This document shows, in pieces, positions 38,176-48,150 of a stretch of 64,000 nt of DNA; the stretch's first letter is position 1; each line of letters starts with the position of its first letter. Origin of the DNA: Escherichia phage vB_EcoM_EC001. The notes beneath the pieces are model-generated. The model had not been told where the DNA came from, did no database searches, and was given only the letters and a program-made list of their open reading frames with translations. The stretch lies in the sequence record MN445185.1; one strand, 5' to 3'. The position numbers and the translations under genes are program-made.

Positions 38176-39738
38176 TTAGAACAAATCATCACCCATTCCA
38201 CCGGTGAAGAAGTTGATAGACGACGCTGTTACGGTTTCTTCTTTATCACAATCCCAAGGCAGGATGCCAACATCCTGGAAAGGTATCACTGTGTAGTGAT
38301 AAGATTCTTTAGTATCGATAATGGTGCGGTGCTTACCGCGTTGAACTTCTAAGAAGCTATGGCCGTTGACCACACGCTTGTTAAAATACATTTCACCATC
38401 GGCCTCGTTATCAAGGCTCGAACAACTATCGTAAAGACCACGACCAGGTAAGTTCTTACAGAAACCTACCGGGTCTAACGCTTTTAAGCGCTTACCTTCT
38501 GGGGAAATCTGGTGTGGGGCAATTAAGAACCCACGGTTGCGTACCACTTGGATGTTACGAGCAATACGATAAATTTCTTTGATATCACTCCCGGCAATAC
38601 CGTTGCCGTGTCCTGCTTTGCTGATTGTGCCTAAGTAGTCTGCGCGAATGCCAACAACATGATAACCGCGACGACGTAAGTCGAGAATAAGGTCGTTGAT
38701 GTAGTGCACTTTAAAATCGGAGTTGGTGTGCTTTTGGAAAACGTAGTCCCAACCGTTTGCGCGAATCTTACCACAGAGGTAATCAGACATTGCTGTTGTG
38801 TGTGCTAACTTCTCTTCAGCGGTTGCATCCTGTGCAATGGTCATCTGTGGAACTTGTCCTTCAAAATGACCGTACAGTGCTTGATAGCCGTAAGCTAAGT
38901 TAACGTCGAGTTCGTTTTCTAAACTCAAGTCAAGAATAATTGGTTGCAGTGTGCCCTTCACATCCGCCATTACTTTCTCAGGCGTGTTGAAGATAGGAAT
39001 CGACAAGCTCAGTAAGAGACTGAACAAAGACTTACAGTTAAAAGGTAACGCCGGCATTAGCCACAGTTCTTCGGTAATCCCTTTGTTACAACCGAGCATT
39101 TGGTTAATGGCTTTCCAGCCCGTCTGCAAACCATTACCTGCTGCTTTCTTGTTAATCGAGTCGAACACTTTAACAAACGGAGCCCGATTATCTGTAACCA
39201 GCTCACCGACCAGCGATGGAATCTTATTATGAGAGCGTTCACCGAACGTAGATAGCGCCTCTTTGAGTTCGAGCACTGCGGTGTTCAGATCAACACGTGT
39301 CTCAGTTCCATTCAATGCTCCGAACGCGCGACCCATTTTTGTTTTGAGTTCGACGCTCTGTAAACATTGACGTAATTGGAAATAATATTGAGACAGTTGT
39401 CGATTAAGATGCTCGGTACGTTTGTCTTCTTCCTCGGGCAAATCGTCTTCGAGGAATTTGGTAATCGTATCGTATAGAGGACGTACTTGAGTGGTGGCCA
39501 GCTTCAAGCGCTTCATAACGCTCGCGTGGTCGTATTCCATGCCGCCGTCTATGATAGATGTGATAATGTCCTTGATCTCGATGAGTGCAAAGCGCTCTTC
39601 GCCATCTTCCGCATATTCCGGAAGCTTGATCTGCATCAGAACTTTTCTTATGACATCATGATCCTTGCTAGGGTCCGTCAGCATAGATTCTGTATACAGT
39701 GCGGCTAAGGCGGTTATCAACATCATTTTACTATTCAT
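38176..39738 (-). CDS. hypothetical protein (520 aa)
   Basis: Long ORF; AAGGA SD on minus strand; hydrophobic N-terminus. Confidence 0.75.
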   Translation of the reverse strand: MNSKMMLITALAALYTESMLTDPSKDHDVIRKVLMQIKLPEYAEDGEERFALIEIKDIITSIIDGGMEYDHASVMKRLKLATTQVRPLYDTITKFLEDDLPEEEDKRTEHLNRQLSQYYFQLRQCLQSVELKTKMGRAFGALNGTETRVDLNTAVLELKEALSTFGERSHNKIPSLVGELVTDNRAPFVKVFDSINKKAAGNGLQTGWKAINQMLGCNKGITEELWLMPALPFNCKSLFSLLLSLSIPIFNTPEKVMADVKGTLQPIILDLSLENELDVNLAYGYQALYGHFEGQVPQMTIAQDATAEEKLAHTTAMSDYLCGKIRANGWDYVFQKHTNSDFKVHYINDLILDLRRRGYHVVGIRADYLGTISKAGHGNGIAGSDIKEIYRIARNIQVVRNRGFLIAPHQISPEGKRLKALDPVGFCKNLPGRGLYDSCSSLDNEADGEMYFNKRVVNGHSFLEVQRGKHRTIIDTKESYHYTVIPFQDVGILPWDCDKEETVTASSINFFTGGMGDDLF

Positions 39739-39752
39739 GGAGCATCCTTAAA

Positions 39753-40277
39753 ATGCAAATTCGTTTTAGTCCACCGTGGGAAGTTCAATCTAACATAGAT
39801 AAAGGGGCTGGCGTTAAAAAGTTGGAGGAACTCCAAGCAAGCTTCTTTAACTGGTTATATGACTGCTCGTCGGGCTTTAGTTCCATCATACTGCCAGTGA
39901 GTGACCCTATTTCGATTTATAAATCGATTATGGCACCACCTGCACTTCCGACTCTTTATTATGACCAGGTCTTAAACCTGGTTGAGAAAGGTACGAATGA
40001 AACCCTTGCTGATTTATATGGGGAATCATTCGACGGTCGTTTACGTTGGGTGTTCTCACAACGTGGCGATGTTGTTGTGGCGTCTTTTGCAGAAGCTAAA
40101 TCCGGACCGGGTTTTTCTTTAAGTGAAGACCACGCTGCGAAAAAGATGTTCTGCGCAGAACTTTTTAAATATATGCGTCCCAAGACTCGTGTCGTGGATG
40201 ATACGTTCAGTACGTCGACGCAGTTTGCTGCGCACGAAGTGCTGACGCAGTTGTACGCATGTCATTTATCTAAATAA
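39753..40277 (+). CDS. hypothetical protein (174 aa)
   Basis: ATG 39753 is 14 bp from the divergent minus-strand start; the track start 39699 overlaps that gene. Confidence 0.65.
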   Translation: MQIRFSPPWEVQSNIDKGAGVKKLEELQASFFNWLYDCSSGFSSIILPVSDPISIYKSIMAPPALPTLYYDQVLNLVEKGTNETLADLYGESFDGRLRWVFSQRGDVVVASFAEAKSGPGFSLSEDHAAKKMFCAELFKYMRPKTRVVDDTFSTSTQFAAHEVLTQLYACHLSK

Positions 40278-40289
40278 GGTAAACTTGAA

Positions 40290-42590
40290 ATGAAAGATAC
40301 CCGTATCGCTAGTCTGGACCAGCTGGTTCAGCAGGGCAATGCTCTGGTCGCTGCTGCCAAGGCAGGCTCTTCCGCTAATGACGTATGGCAAACCGTAGCC
40401 GTTGGCGAATCTGTACGTAAAAATGCTGCCGGCTTCACCAACCTGCGTGACACTGCTCAGCAGCACTACGAAGCTGTAAACCCTGGCAAAACCATGAGCC
40501 ACGCTGCTCAGGTTGCTTCTGCGATGATTCTGGCTGCTGCCGGTCACGAAGACGACTTCATGACCCGTGTTGCTGCCGAGAGCGCGAAGCCGGAATACGC
40601 CAGCTACATGCCGATCGCTATTTCTGGTGCAGCATCTCTGGCTGCTGACTACGGTAAAACTCCGCTGGTCGCAACTGAATACTACACCAACAAAGACCTG
40701 GACAAAAACCTGGGTCTGACCTGGACGCTGAACGTGCGTGCTCTGGAAACTCAATCCAAGTTTGCAGAAACCCTGTTCCCGACCATCACTGTGGACACCA
40801 ACGACGTCGGCATCACCGTTCGTACCAAAGTTACTACTGTATCTCGTGGTATCCTGAACGCCCTGCTGACCAAAGACGTGGTTGAAGACAACCGTCAGCC
40901 GCTGCATAACGCGCTGTCTAACCACAAAGTCCTGCAGGACGATGCTATCCGTATCGTACCTTACGTGATGGAAACCGGTGAGAACGCGAAGTTCTTCGTA
41001 TCCGAAGACATCATCGAAAACGAAAACGTTCAGCTGGGTCGTGTGCCGGCGTATCCGACCAACTACCTGAGCTTCTCTGAACGTCGTCTGAACCTGTTCC
41101 AGCTGTCTGCCCATCCGGGTATCGTGCAGGAAGGTTACGATGAAACCGACGAAATCGCACCGGGTGCAGCGCTGGGTAGCCTGCTGCTGTCTGTGCGTAA
41201 GCCGACTGAAGAAGCGAAAGATGGCGCGCTGATCAAACTGAACGTACGCGACATGCAGTTCGCTACCTTCCAGCGTCCTCCTGAAGGTGATGGCCGTGAG
41301 CTGGTCCTGCAGTTCCGTCGCACTGTGTTCTCCCTGAACGCCAAGTCTCTGGACTGGAAAGGTGCTGAAATCCCGGCACTGGCCGCTCTGGCACAGAACG
41401 ATTACACCATTCGTTATTCCATGAACATCAGCATGTCTCTGTTCACCAACGGTCAGTTCTCTGGTCGTGTTGACGTGACTGCACCGTCTCTGGAAATCGA
41501 AGGTCTGTACGACGCAACTGGTACTGCTGTTGATATCGAAAGCGGCACCGGTAAAGTTATCATCGACAACCTGAAACTGGAGCTGCTGGGCTGGCGCTTC
41601 GACGGTACTCGTACCAACGAGAACCGGAGAACCCAGGGCCTTCTGCTCGACCCGATTTGGGAACAAGAGAACTACAAACTGCAGTACGGTTCTCCGATCA
41701 TGACCAAATCTCCGGTTGGCGTTGAATACGACGACACCGAACGTCTGGACGACCTCGTTTCTGCGGTTAACATCCGTAACGAAATGCTGGCTATCACTCA
41801 GACTCTGTCTTACACCGAAGCGGTTAAGAACGCAGCTGCGTCCATGATCACTCCGTGGGACAAACCTGCTATCCGCGGCCTGGGCCGTCACTGGGTTGCT
41901 CCGTGGTACAGCGAAAGCGACTACGAAGTGGACAAAGTGATCCAGTCTCTGGATACCAAAGATGCGCTCATCAACGCCCGTCAGGGTCTGGTACAGCGTA
42001 TCGGCGACCAGGTAACTCGTGCTATCCAGGATTCTCGTTTCATGCCGGCTCTGCGCCTGCTGACTGCGGACCCGAACGCACTGCCGAAAGTTGTTATCGC
42101 AACTGACGAACCGACTGCTGCAATGCTGCTGCTGGTTCAGGGTGACCAGCGTCTGCTGGGCGATCGCTACGAGTACGAAGTTATCACCACCAACGATGAC
42201 CGCTGGCGTGTGAAGAACGAAGCTGACGGCAGCTGGACTCGCCGCCTGCAGTGGGTTCTGAAAGTTCCAACCGCTGATGACGGTTCTTACTGTGTTCTGA
42301 ACTGGGGTAACCACTTCTGGTCTCCGATCATGGTAACCAACATCAACATCCAGCGTAACGGCGCTACCAGCAAAGAGCTGGCAGTACAGCCTCGTAACGC
42401 GCACATCTGCCACTGCCCGATCACTGGTCTGATCTGGATTAAAGGTATCACCAAGTTCGTGGAAGAGAAACTGGCGTTCAACGTCACTACTACTTCCAAC
42501 GGTACTGGCGGTACTAATGGCGGTAATGCGGGTGATGTTGGCGGCGGCGCTACCCAGCCAGGTACTGGCGGTGAAGGCGCTGGCGGCTAA
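40290..42590 (+). CDS. abundant virion structural protein, candidate major capsid protein (766 aa)
   Basis: Strongest codon bias in the window; size typical of jumbo-phage capsid proteins; Gly-rich C-terminal tail; strong terminator downstream. Confidence 0.6.
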   Translation: MKDTRIASLDQLVQQGNALVAAAKAGSSANDVWQTVAVGESVRKNAAGFTNLRDTAQQHYEAVNPGKTMSHAAQVASAMILAAAGHEDDFMTRVAAESAKPEYASYMPIAISGAASLAADYGKTPLVATEYYTNKDLDKNLGLTWTLNVRALETQSKFAETLFPTITVDTNDVGITVRTKVTTVSRGILNALLTKDVVEDNRQPLHNALSNHKVLQDDAIRIVPYVMETGENAKFFVSEDIIENENVQLGRVPAYPTNYLSFSERRLNLFQLSAHPGIVQEGYDETDEIAPGAALGSLLLSVRKPTEEAKDGALIKLNVRDMQFATFQRPPEGDGRELVLQFRRTVFSLNAKSLDWKGAEIPALAALAQNDYTIRYSMNISMSLFTNGQFSGRVDVTAPSLEIEGLYDATGTAVDIESGTGKVIIDNLKLELLGWRFDGTRTNENRRTQGLLLDPIWEQENYKLQYGSPIMTKSPVGVEYDDTERLDDLVSAVNIRNEMLAITQTLSYTEAVKNAAASMITPWDKPAIRGLGRHWVAPWYSESDYEVDKVIQSLDTKDALINARQGLVQRIGDQVTRAIQDSRFMPALRLLTADPNALPKVVIATDEPTAAMLLLVQGDQRLLGDRYEYEVITTNDDRWRVKNEADGSWTRRLQWVLKVPTADDGSYCVLNWGNHFWSPIMVTNINIQRNGATSKELAVQPRNAHICHCPITGLIWIKGITKFVEEKLAFNVTTTSNGTGGTNGGNAGDVGGGATQPGTGGEGAGG

Positions 42591-42620
42591 TAATCCGTAA
42601 GGATTACGTTGCCTAAGATT

Positions 42621-42659
42621 AGCTTACTCCCTTCGGGGAGTAAGCTTTTTCTTTTTTTC
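42621..42659 (+). terminator. rho-independent terminator
   Basis: AGCTTACTCCC-TTCG-GGGAGTAAGCT hairpin then long T-run. Confidence 0.85.
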
Positions 42660-42670
42660 TAAAAATTTAT

Positions 42671-42693
42671 AGATAGATATTATCTTAGGGAGA
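42671..42693 (+). promoter_or_regulatory. phage promoter-like motif, class II (AGATAGATATTATCTTAGGGAGA)
   Basis: Related copies at 42869 and 63176; directly downstream of a terminator. Confidence 0.6.
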
Positions 42694-42725
42694 GAGTCAT
42701 TCGGTTTTAACTTAAGGAGACAGTA

Positions 42726-42809
42726 ATGGAAGTCAATTTAGAGAGATCAAGACTAGTTGCACCGATGTTTGATGGGCGCGGTTTTATGGCGAACGGTCAC
42801 CACGTTTGA
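42726..42809 (+). CDS. possible leader peptide (27 aa)
   Basis: TAAGGAGA SD 6 nt upstream; sits between two promoter motifs and is followed by a hairpin. Confidence 0.3.
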   Translation: MEVNLERSRLVAPMFDGRGFMANGHHV

Positions 42810-42832
42810 TACCCTAAAGTTTTTTACGTTAA

Positions 42833-42857
42833 GGGCACTGGGTATGAACCCGTGCCC
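42833..42857 (+). other. stable hairpin without U-tract (GGGCAC...GTGCCC)
   Basis: 10-bp stem with one bulge, loop ATGA; between the small ORF and the second promoter motif. Confidence 0.5.
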
Positions 42858-42868
42858 AAAGTAATCTG

Positions 42869-42889
42869 AGATAGATATTATCTACGTGA
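42869..42889 (+). promoter_or_regulatory. phage promoter-like motif, class II variant (AGATAGATATTATCTACGTGA)
   Basis: 15/15 identical core with 42671; 33 nt upstream of ATG 42923. Confidence 0.55.
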
Positions 42890-42922
42890 ATAATTCTTTT
42901 GGTATTATTACTGGGATGTTCA

Positions 42923-43927
42923 ATGAACCGTTATGATTTAGACGTTCAGCCAACGCTAACCCAGCGGCCCATGCACCGTGGTGCCGTGTCGAAGACTATC
43001 ACGTACGAAAATAATACCGGGTTTCCCATATACGTCACTGAACTCAGTGGCGGGCATTTTGTTTTAGCCCCGTCGTCCACCACAGCGGCGGAATTTGGGA
43101 TTGTGATTTACGTGACCTATACGGTGTTTGCGAACGGTGCTAACCTATCTGGTTTGCGCGACGCACATTCGCCAAAGCAGTATGCGCAGATATGTAAGGA
43201 ATTAACTACGAACGGCGAAACAACGCTGATGTATGTAGTTGATGATATCGGAGCGTTAATGCGAGGCGACTTGGTGGTGTTGAAGAAGCTAGGAATGGCT
43301 TTCTCTACCCAACCAGTAAAACTCGATTCTGAGGTTATTGGTAAGCCAGGAGGGGATCGTAAAGAATTTGCCTTGGGCGTGGTAGTTGTACAGAAGTACG
43401 AAGACCCAGCACCTTTAAAGTGGCTGAGGTTCTATACAACGATGTTGGAAGTCGAACCGATTCGATCGAAGTATTACGACGAGGGTATATACATGGTAAT
43501 CGGTGGTGCGGAGTGCGTCGAAGGGGGTAAGATGATAATGTACTCTTTCGATGACCCGATGTCCCCGTTCCGGGCGTTTGCATCTGAAGATGAAGCGAGG
43601 CGTTATCGGTGGCTCGATAACATTCCAGAGTTGCGAGATGTTCGTGCGAAGCTGGAAGCCACGTATCAGGCCAAGTTGCAAGATCTCGATGAGAAAAAGA
43701 ATCGGCAAGACCTCGATTATCGTACACAACTTAATAATCTGGCGCTAGAGAAGGAGAGGATTAACACCCTTAACACAATCCAGACGAATGAGCTTAAGTT
43801 GCGTTCCGATGTTCGTAAAGACCAATACGAGTCCCGAGCTTATCAGCGAAAAGATAGCTCGGAGTTCTTGAAATCCATTCCCGCGTATTTGGCTGCAGGG
43901 GTAGCACTCGTTGGGATGATTCTCTGA
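42923..43927 (+). CDS. hypothetical protein with C-terminal coiled coil and hydrophobic anchor (334 aa)
   Basis: First in-frame ATG (the track start 42899 is a TTG); C-terminus IPAYLAAGVALVGMIL. Confidence 0.7.
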   Translation: MNRYDLDVQPTLTQRPMHRGAVSKTITYENNTGFPIYVTELSGGHFVLAPSSTTAAEFGIVIYVTYTVFANGANLSGLRDAHSPKQYAQICKELTTNGETTLMYVVDDIGALMRGDLVVLKKLGMAFSTQPVKLDSEVIGKPGGDRKEFALGVVVVQKYEDPAPLKWLRFYTTMLEVEPIRSKYYDEGIYMVIGGAECVEGGKMIMYSFDDPMSPFRAFASEDEARRYRWLDNIPELRDVRAKLEATYQAKLQDLDEKKNRQDLDYRTQLNNLALEKERINTLNTIQTNELKLRSDVRKDQYESRAYQRKDSSEFLKSIPAYLAAGVALVGMIL

Positions 43928-43938
43928 GGGAGGCCGGT

Positions 43939-45717
43939 GTGTTTAAAGATGCGATTAGGAAGATTAAAGAGGCAGGCGAAATAGTGCCTTTTAATCGTGC
44001 AATTGCAGAAGGAGTTGGGTACACACAAGCTAAAGACGGGATACATGATCGTGTGGCAACCATTCTACGTCGTGAGTTGACGTATGATGAAATCGATAAC
44101 CCGAAATTACCAGAAGGGTTAACGGTATTAGGTTGTCGCCAAATGTCGCCGTTTGAAGCTTTTATCTTTAAGTTATCGAAGTCGGATAACAATTCACGAA
44201 ATAATCGTGGCCGGTCAATTATTAACATCTCATCCACTGATACGTATATGGTAATGGCCTCGTTCCGAGTTCCAGGCGATCCTCGCCCGGTGCAACGACC
44301 AATGAGCTTACCATTTATTCGTCGTGGCGGCTTAATGAACTACTACGGTACAACGTACCACGTAGCACCTGTAATCCACCAACCTGGTATTTGTCGTGAG
44401 CACGGTGGTATCTTTATTAACTTTGACTTCACCCGCAAGGTGTCTATCAAGTTCTGTAAGAAACCAACGAAGATTCTGGTGAATGGTCGCCCTGAGCAGC
44501 TGTTCTTGCCAGGTACATCGAATCTGTTTGTCTCAACCGGACAGATTGGACACGACACCGATGAGAAGCCGTTGATGTATTGGCTCTTCGGGCGCTACGG
44601 CTTTAAACAAGCTGTGAAGCGTTATGCGGGTGTTGATGTGGCGATTTGGCCAGCGATTAAAGTACGTGATGTGGACTTAACGAAGTATGTGGTGATTCAG
44701 TCCGGTGAGCCACAACTCGCGAAGACCATCCAGTACGTACTGTTGGTTAAACGTGAAGATATGCCTAACACCGATGCAGGGCGTTGGGATCAGAATGAAC
44801 ATCTGTTGCTGGTAGCGACTGCCGCATTCTTCAAAGCAGCGCACTACTACGCAGGTAAACAGAACAGTAAGAACGGTCGTGCACCAACACTGCCGGGGCT
44901 GTTTACACAGATTAACGAAATGGCAATGGACGAAGATATTGCGAACCTCAATTCTGCAGCCTCCTGGCGCGAAGTGTTGGGTCGTAGTATTCGCGGACTG
45001 AAGCCTTCGGATATCGAACTGAGTCGCAGTATGGACAGCCACTTCCAGGAATGTGAACGCTATGTCAACAGCACCTTCCGTGGTGAGCTGATGGCAAACG
45101 ATCCGTCCATCCCTGATGATTTGGATATGTTTGATTTCCTCTGGTACACCACGCAGCTGATGGTGCGTACTCGTCTTACCAAACAAGATGATATTCCGTC
45201 TATGTACGGAAAACGTCTCACGGTAACCGATTACTTACTGTTGGGCCAACGTGGCTTTACCACAACGATCTCGAAAATACGTTGGAAGCTGGGGCAGTTG
45301 GAACATCGGACTCCAGAGACAGCGGCGAAGTCTATTCGAGACGCACTGAACAAACAGATCGTGCTCAATCTGGTGATGCGCACCATTACGAGCAACGGCG
45401 GTATCAGTTTCTTCAATGCCTCTACAGAATCAATGGTATTGGCAGTGTCTACGCACGCCATCGGTCAAACCGAAACCGATGCTAAGCGTTCGAAGAAAGG
45501 AGGCAAGACCGTTAACTTGAACGACCGTACTAAGCACGCATCTGCGTCGCATCTGGAATGTGGTAACGTCTACTATATTCCTAAGTCGGCACCGTTTAAG
45601 GCAAACATCCTCAACCCGTACATGAAGACCAACCCAAGTTTGGTAATGATGCGGAACCCTAAACTGGACCCGTACATCAGACCGACCGAAGAAGACATTG
45701 CTAAAATCGGCCGCTAA
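43939..45717 (+). CDS. hypothetical protein (592 aa)
   Basis: GTG start with GAGGGAGG SD 5 nt upstream. Confidence 0.75.
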   Translation: MFKDAIRKIKEAGEIVPFNRAIAEGVGYTQAKDGIHDRVATILRRELTYDEIDNPKLPEGLTVLGCRQMSPFEAFIFKLSKSDNNSRNNRGRSIINISSTDTYMVMASFRVPGDPRPVQRPMSLPFIRRGGLMNYYGTTYHVAPVIHQPGICREHGGIFINFDFTRKVSIKFCKKPTKILVNGRPEQLFLPGTSNLFVSTGQIGHDTDEKPLMYWLFGRYGFKQAVKRYAGVDVAIWPAIKVRDVDLTKYVVIQSGEPQLAKTIQYVLLVKREDMPNTDAGRWDQNEHLLLVATAAFFKAAHYYAGKQNSKNGRAPTLPGLFTQINEMAMDEDIANLNSAASWREVLGRSIRGLKPSDIELSRSMDSHFQECERYVNSTFRGELMANDPSIPDDLDMFDFLWYTTQLMVRTRLTKQDDIPSMYGKRLTVTDYLLLGQRGFTTTISKIRWKLGQLEHRTPETAAKSIRDALNKQIVLNLVMRTITSNGGISFFNASTESMVLAVSTHAIGQTETDAKRSKKGGKTVNLNDRTKHASASHLECGNVYYIPKSAPFKANILNPYMKTNPSLVMMRNPKLDPYIRPTEEDIAKIGR

Positions 45718-45748
45718 TTATTACATCTCTTAAGGAGTATTATTTACA

Positions 45749-47419
45749 ATGAGCATTACTGTTGAACAAATCAAAAACGTCATCGTTAAACACCTCGATC
45801 AGGACGCGGTACTGTCGCAGCTGAATAATGTGATGCGCAGCCGTAGCATTCCGCCAGATCAGGCGTTAAAGATTGCGACGTATGTTGCGGCATGGGCAGC
45901 ATCCAAAGGGGGTAGTGAAGCACAGGTTATCGCATATGCGGTCGATGCGTATAAAGCAGCTGCCTATCAGCAGGTGCATAACGCAGGCGACGCGTATAAC
46001 GACGATCGTCACACCAAACTGGTTAATGCTTGGGAACAAGTCGGTAAGATTCTTGCCGAAATTCGTTCTCAGCAGTCTGGCGGTTTGGGTGGCAGTGGTG
46101 GTTTAGGTGGTGGTAGCAACGCAGGTGGGTTACTGGGCGGTAACAGTTCTGGCGGTGTTCGTGTTACTGATGGCCTGACCATGTCTTCTGCGCCATCTGG
46201 TGGTGTTAAGATTGGTAACACAGATGCGGCACTAACCGTGATTGCTGGCGGTGAAGGTCTTAACCTGGTCAATGATCCTATTCTGAACCCACAACCGGCG
46301 CAAGTAGCCCCAGCACAACAGCCCCGGCCTGAACCAGCACCGGTGCCTGTACAACCAATGCCGGTGTCTAATGCTACAGTTAATAACCCAGTGCTTTCCC
46401 CACTCGGCGCAACAGAAGAAACCGAGAAGGACACTATCAATGGCCCAATTAACAACATTCTGCAGGAGATTGATTTGATGGAAGACTACGCACTTCACGA
46501 GCTGAAAACCCCCGAGCTTAAAATGTCGATTCCAGCGAAGGAAGCTAACAGTCGCATTAAGCAATCTGTTTACGCGGAAACTCGTGATTGGGCTACACCG
46601 TTGCAAGATATCTTTAACGGTAATGAAGAGGTTGTTTTCTACGACGGGGCTGACCTGATTGTGCGTGCACGTGATAGCTATCGCGCGTATCTGGTCGGTG
46701 TTAACACTGACATGTGCGAACGCATGAAACAATTCGTTGCTAAGCACGATGCGCTGAAATCCGATCTCGACAACCTGGCACTGGTAGAAGATGTTGAAAC
46801 TATCATGGCTAAGGTGAAGCGTACGATCGATGAACTGCGTAAGAACACGAAAGAACTGCACGAATATGCGATTGCGAACAGCAGCGAAGCAGAAGTGGTT
46901 ATCAGTGAAATTTCTCGCTTTGCTAATGCGTACCTGGCGAATATCACTTTCCTGGTACACAACGCGCTGTCGCTGGGCACTAAGCGTGGTAAAGATGTGC
47001 CGAAGTTCAAAGCTATCGATTTCGAACGGAAAATCAGCGATATTGATTTCTTCGTAAAAGATCTGTTCACAGCAACCGCTGGCGACAACGGTGTAAGTGA
47101 ATATGAAGACTGGTTCCGTGACCTGTTCCTGATGGTAGCAAACTCTCTGCGCAAACTGACTATCAAGCTGAGCGATTCTGGCAAGGTGGTTAATCTGATT
47201 CAGAGCCAGTTCACCATCGTGATTCCAGGCATGTACCATTCTGTTGATAAACACGACGTAGTTACGGTAGCGTCTCTGGGCAATACCGCAGACCCAGTTG
47301 TGTCTATCTACGAAGCAGTACAGGAAAACGTGCCACATGCAATTGTGTTAATGCAGCTGCCGCAGCGCACCTACCTGCTTCTGAGCAATGGTGAGAAAAC
47401 TGCACCAGTGTTGTACTAA
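45749..47419 (+). CDS. hypothetical protein with Gly-rich and Pro-rich linker segments (556 aa)
   Basis: CTTAAGGAGTATT SD context; followed by terminator. Confidence 0.8.
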   Translation: MSITVEQIKNVIVKHLDQDAVLSQLNNVMRSRSIPPDQALKIATYVAAWAASKGGSEAQVIAYAVDAYKAAAYQQVHNAGDAYNDDRHTKLVNAWEQVGKILAEIRSQQSGGLGGSGGLGGGSNAGGLLGGNSSGGVRVTDGLTMSSAPSGGVKIGNTDAALTVIAGGEGLNLVNDPILNPQPAQVAPAQQPRPEPAPVPVQPMPVSNATVNNPVLSPLGATEETEKDTINGPINNILQEIDLMEDYALHELKTPELKMSIPAKEANSRIKQSVYAETRDWATPLQDIFNGNEEVVFYDGADLIVRARDSYRAYLVGVNTDMCERMKQFVAKHDALKSDLDNLALVEDVETIMAKVKRTIDELRKNTKELHEYAIANSSEAEVVISEISRFANAYLANITFLVHNALSLGTKRGKDVPKFKAIDFERKISDIDFFVKDLFTATAGDNGVSEYEDWFRDLFLMVANSLRKLTIKLSDSGKVVNLIQSQFTIVIPGMYHSVDKHDVVTVASLGNTADPVVSIYEAVQENVPHAIVLMQLPQRTYLLLSNGEKTAPVLY

Positions 47420-47426
47420 GTAATAC

Positions 47427-47460
47427 GGAGACCTTCGGGTCTCCTATTATTATTTTTTAT
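47427..47460 (+). terminator. rho-independent terminator
   Basis: GGAGACC-TTCG-GGTCTCC hairpin then T-rich run. Confidence 0.8.
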
Positions 47461-47484
47461 TCTATCATGAAAAGGAGTATTAAA

Positions 47485-47751
47485 ATGTCTAGTGTTGAAG
47501 CAGTAATCTATTTTGAAAACGATGGGGTCGCAGGGTGTGGCTTCCCGAAGACAACAGGGGTTAAATCTCTGTTGGCAAAGTATAAAGAAGAGCTTAAGAA
47601 AACGGCAGGGCAGAACCCTGGCGTGCCACTGCGTAGTGTTTTTCCTGAGATGGAGAAGGCCGCAAAAACTGATCCGGTGTTGGATATGTTCTGCGGGATG
47701 ATCAAAGAGCGATTCCCTGACATTGATAAGTACCACATTACGCTGGCGTAA
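47485..47751 (+). CDS. hypothetical protein (88 aa)
   Basis: ATG 47485 preceded by AAAGGAGTATT; the track start 47467 has no SD. Confidence 0.6.
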   Translation: MSSVEAVIYFENDGVAGCGFPKTTGVKSLLAKYKEELKKTAGQNPGVPLRSVFPEMEKAAKTDPVLDMFCGMIKERFPDIDKYHITLA

Positions 47752-47754
47752 TTA

Positions 47755-47773
47755 TTATAGAGTAGCTCTATAA
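47755..47773. other. intergenic inverted repeat TTATAGAG/CTCTATAA
   Basis: Read directly; 8-bp arms, 3-nt spacer, no U-tract. Confidence 0.5.
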
Positions 47774-47785
47774 TGAGGTTCGAGC

Positions 47786-48088
47786 ATGGTAAAGTTCATT
47801 GTTGTCAACATGGATTTTGAGCGTAGTGTGCGTTTTCGCTTTGAGTTACCTGAAAACAAAGCGACTGAAGCTTTCTTAGCCGACTTCCACAAAGCCAAAA
47901 CAGCGATCAGTCATGGACGTCGCTGGCAAATCTTCTATAACGCCCGTAAAGGCCTCCTGAAGGCGTTAAAAGCAGCAAAGGATACAAAGGTATTGGAAAA
48001 GCTAGAACCTTTCCAGAACGACCCTCTGGCGATTGGTATCATGCTCGACGAACTGGTTAATAAACCCAAAGCTGCTACAGAAGATTAA
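47786..48088 (+). CDS. hypothetical protein (100 aa)
   Basis: GAGG SD; followed by bidirectional terminator. Confidence 0.6.
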   Translation: MVKFIVVNMDFERSVRFRFELPENKATEAFLADFHKAKTAISHGRRWQIFYNARKGLLKALKAAKDTKVLEKLEPFQNDPLAIGIMLDELVNKPKAATED

Positions 48089-48148
48089 AAAAAGAAAAGG
48101 TACCTCTCCCCGAAGGGAGAGGTAAACCTTATTTCTTTTTCTTTTTTT
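48089..48148. terminator. bidirectional rho-independent terminator between convergent genes
   Basis: TACCTCTCCC/GGGAGAGGTA hairpin flanked by A-run and T-run. Confidence 0.85.
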
Positions 48149-48150
48149 GT

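Noticed and set aside
40266-42413. 715-aa ORF on the minus strand, antisense to the candidate capsid gene
   Set aside because: It mirrors a strongly codon-biased plus-strand gene, has no SD or terminator of its own, and its translation is low-complexity; this is a typical antisense artifact.
42671-42693. Interpreting the TTAGGGAGA block as proof of a T7-like single-subunit RNA polymerase
   Set aside because: No protein in the window shows T7-type polymerase motifs and the upstream half does not match the T7 consensus; kept only as a caveat.
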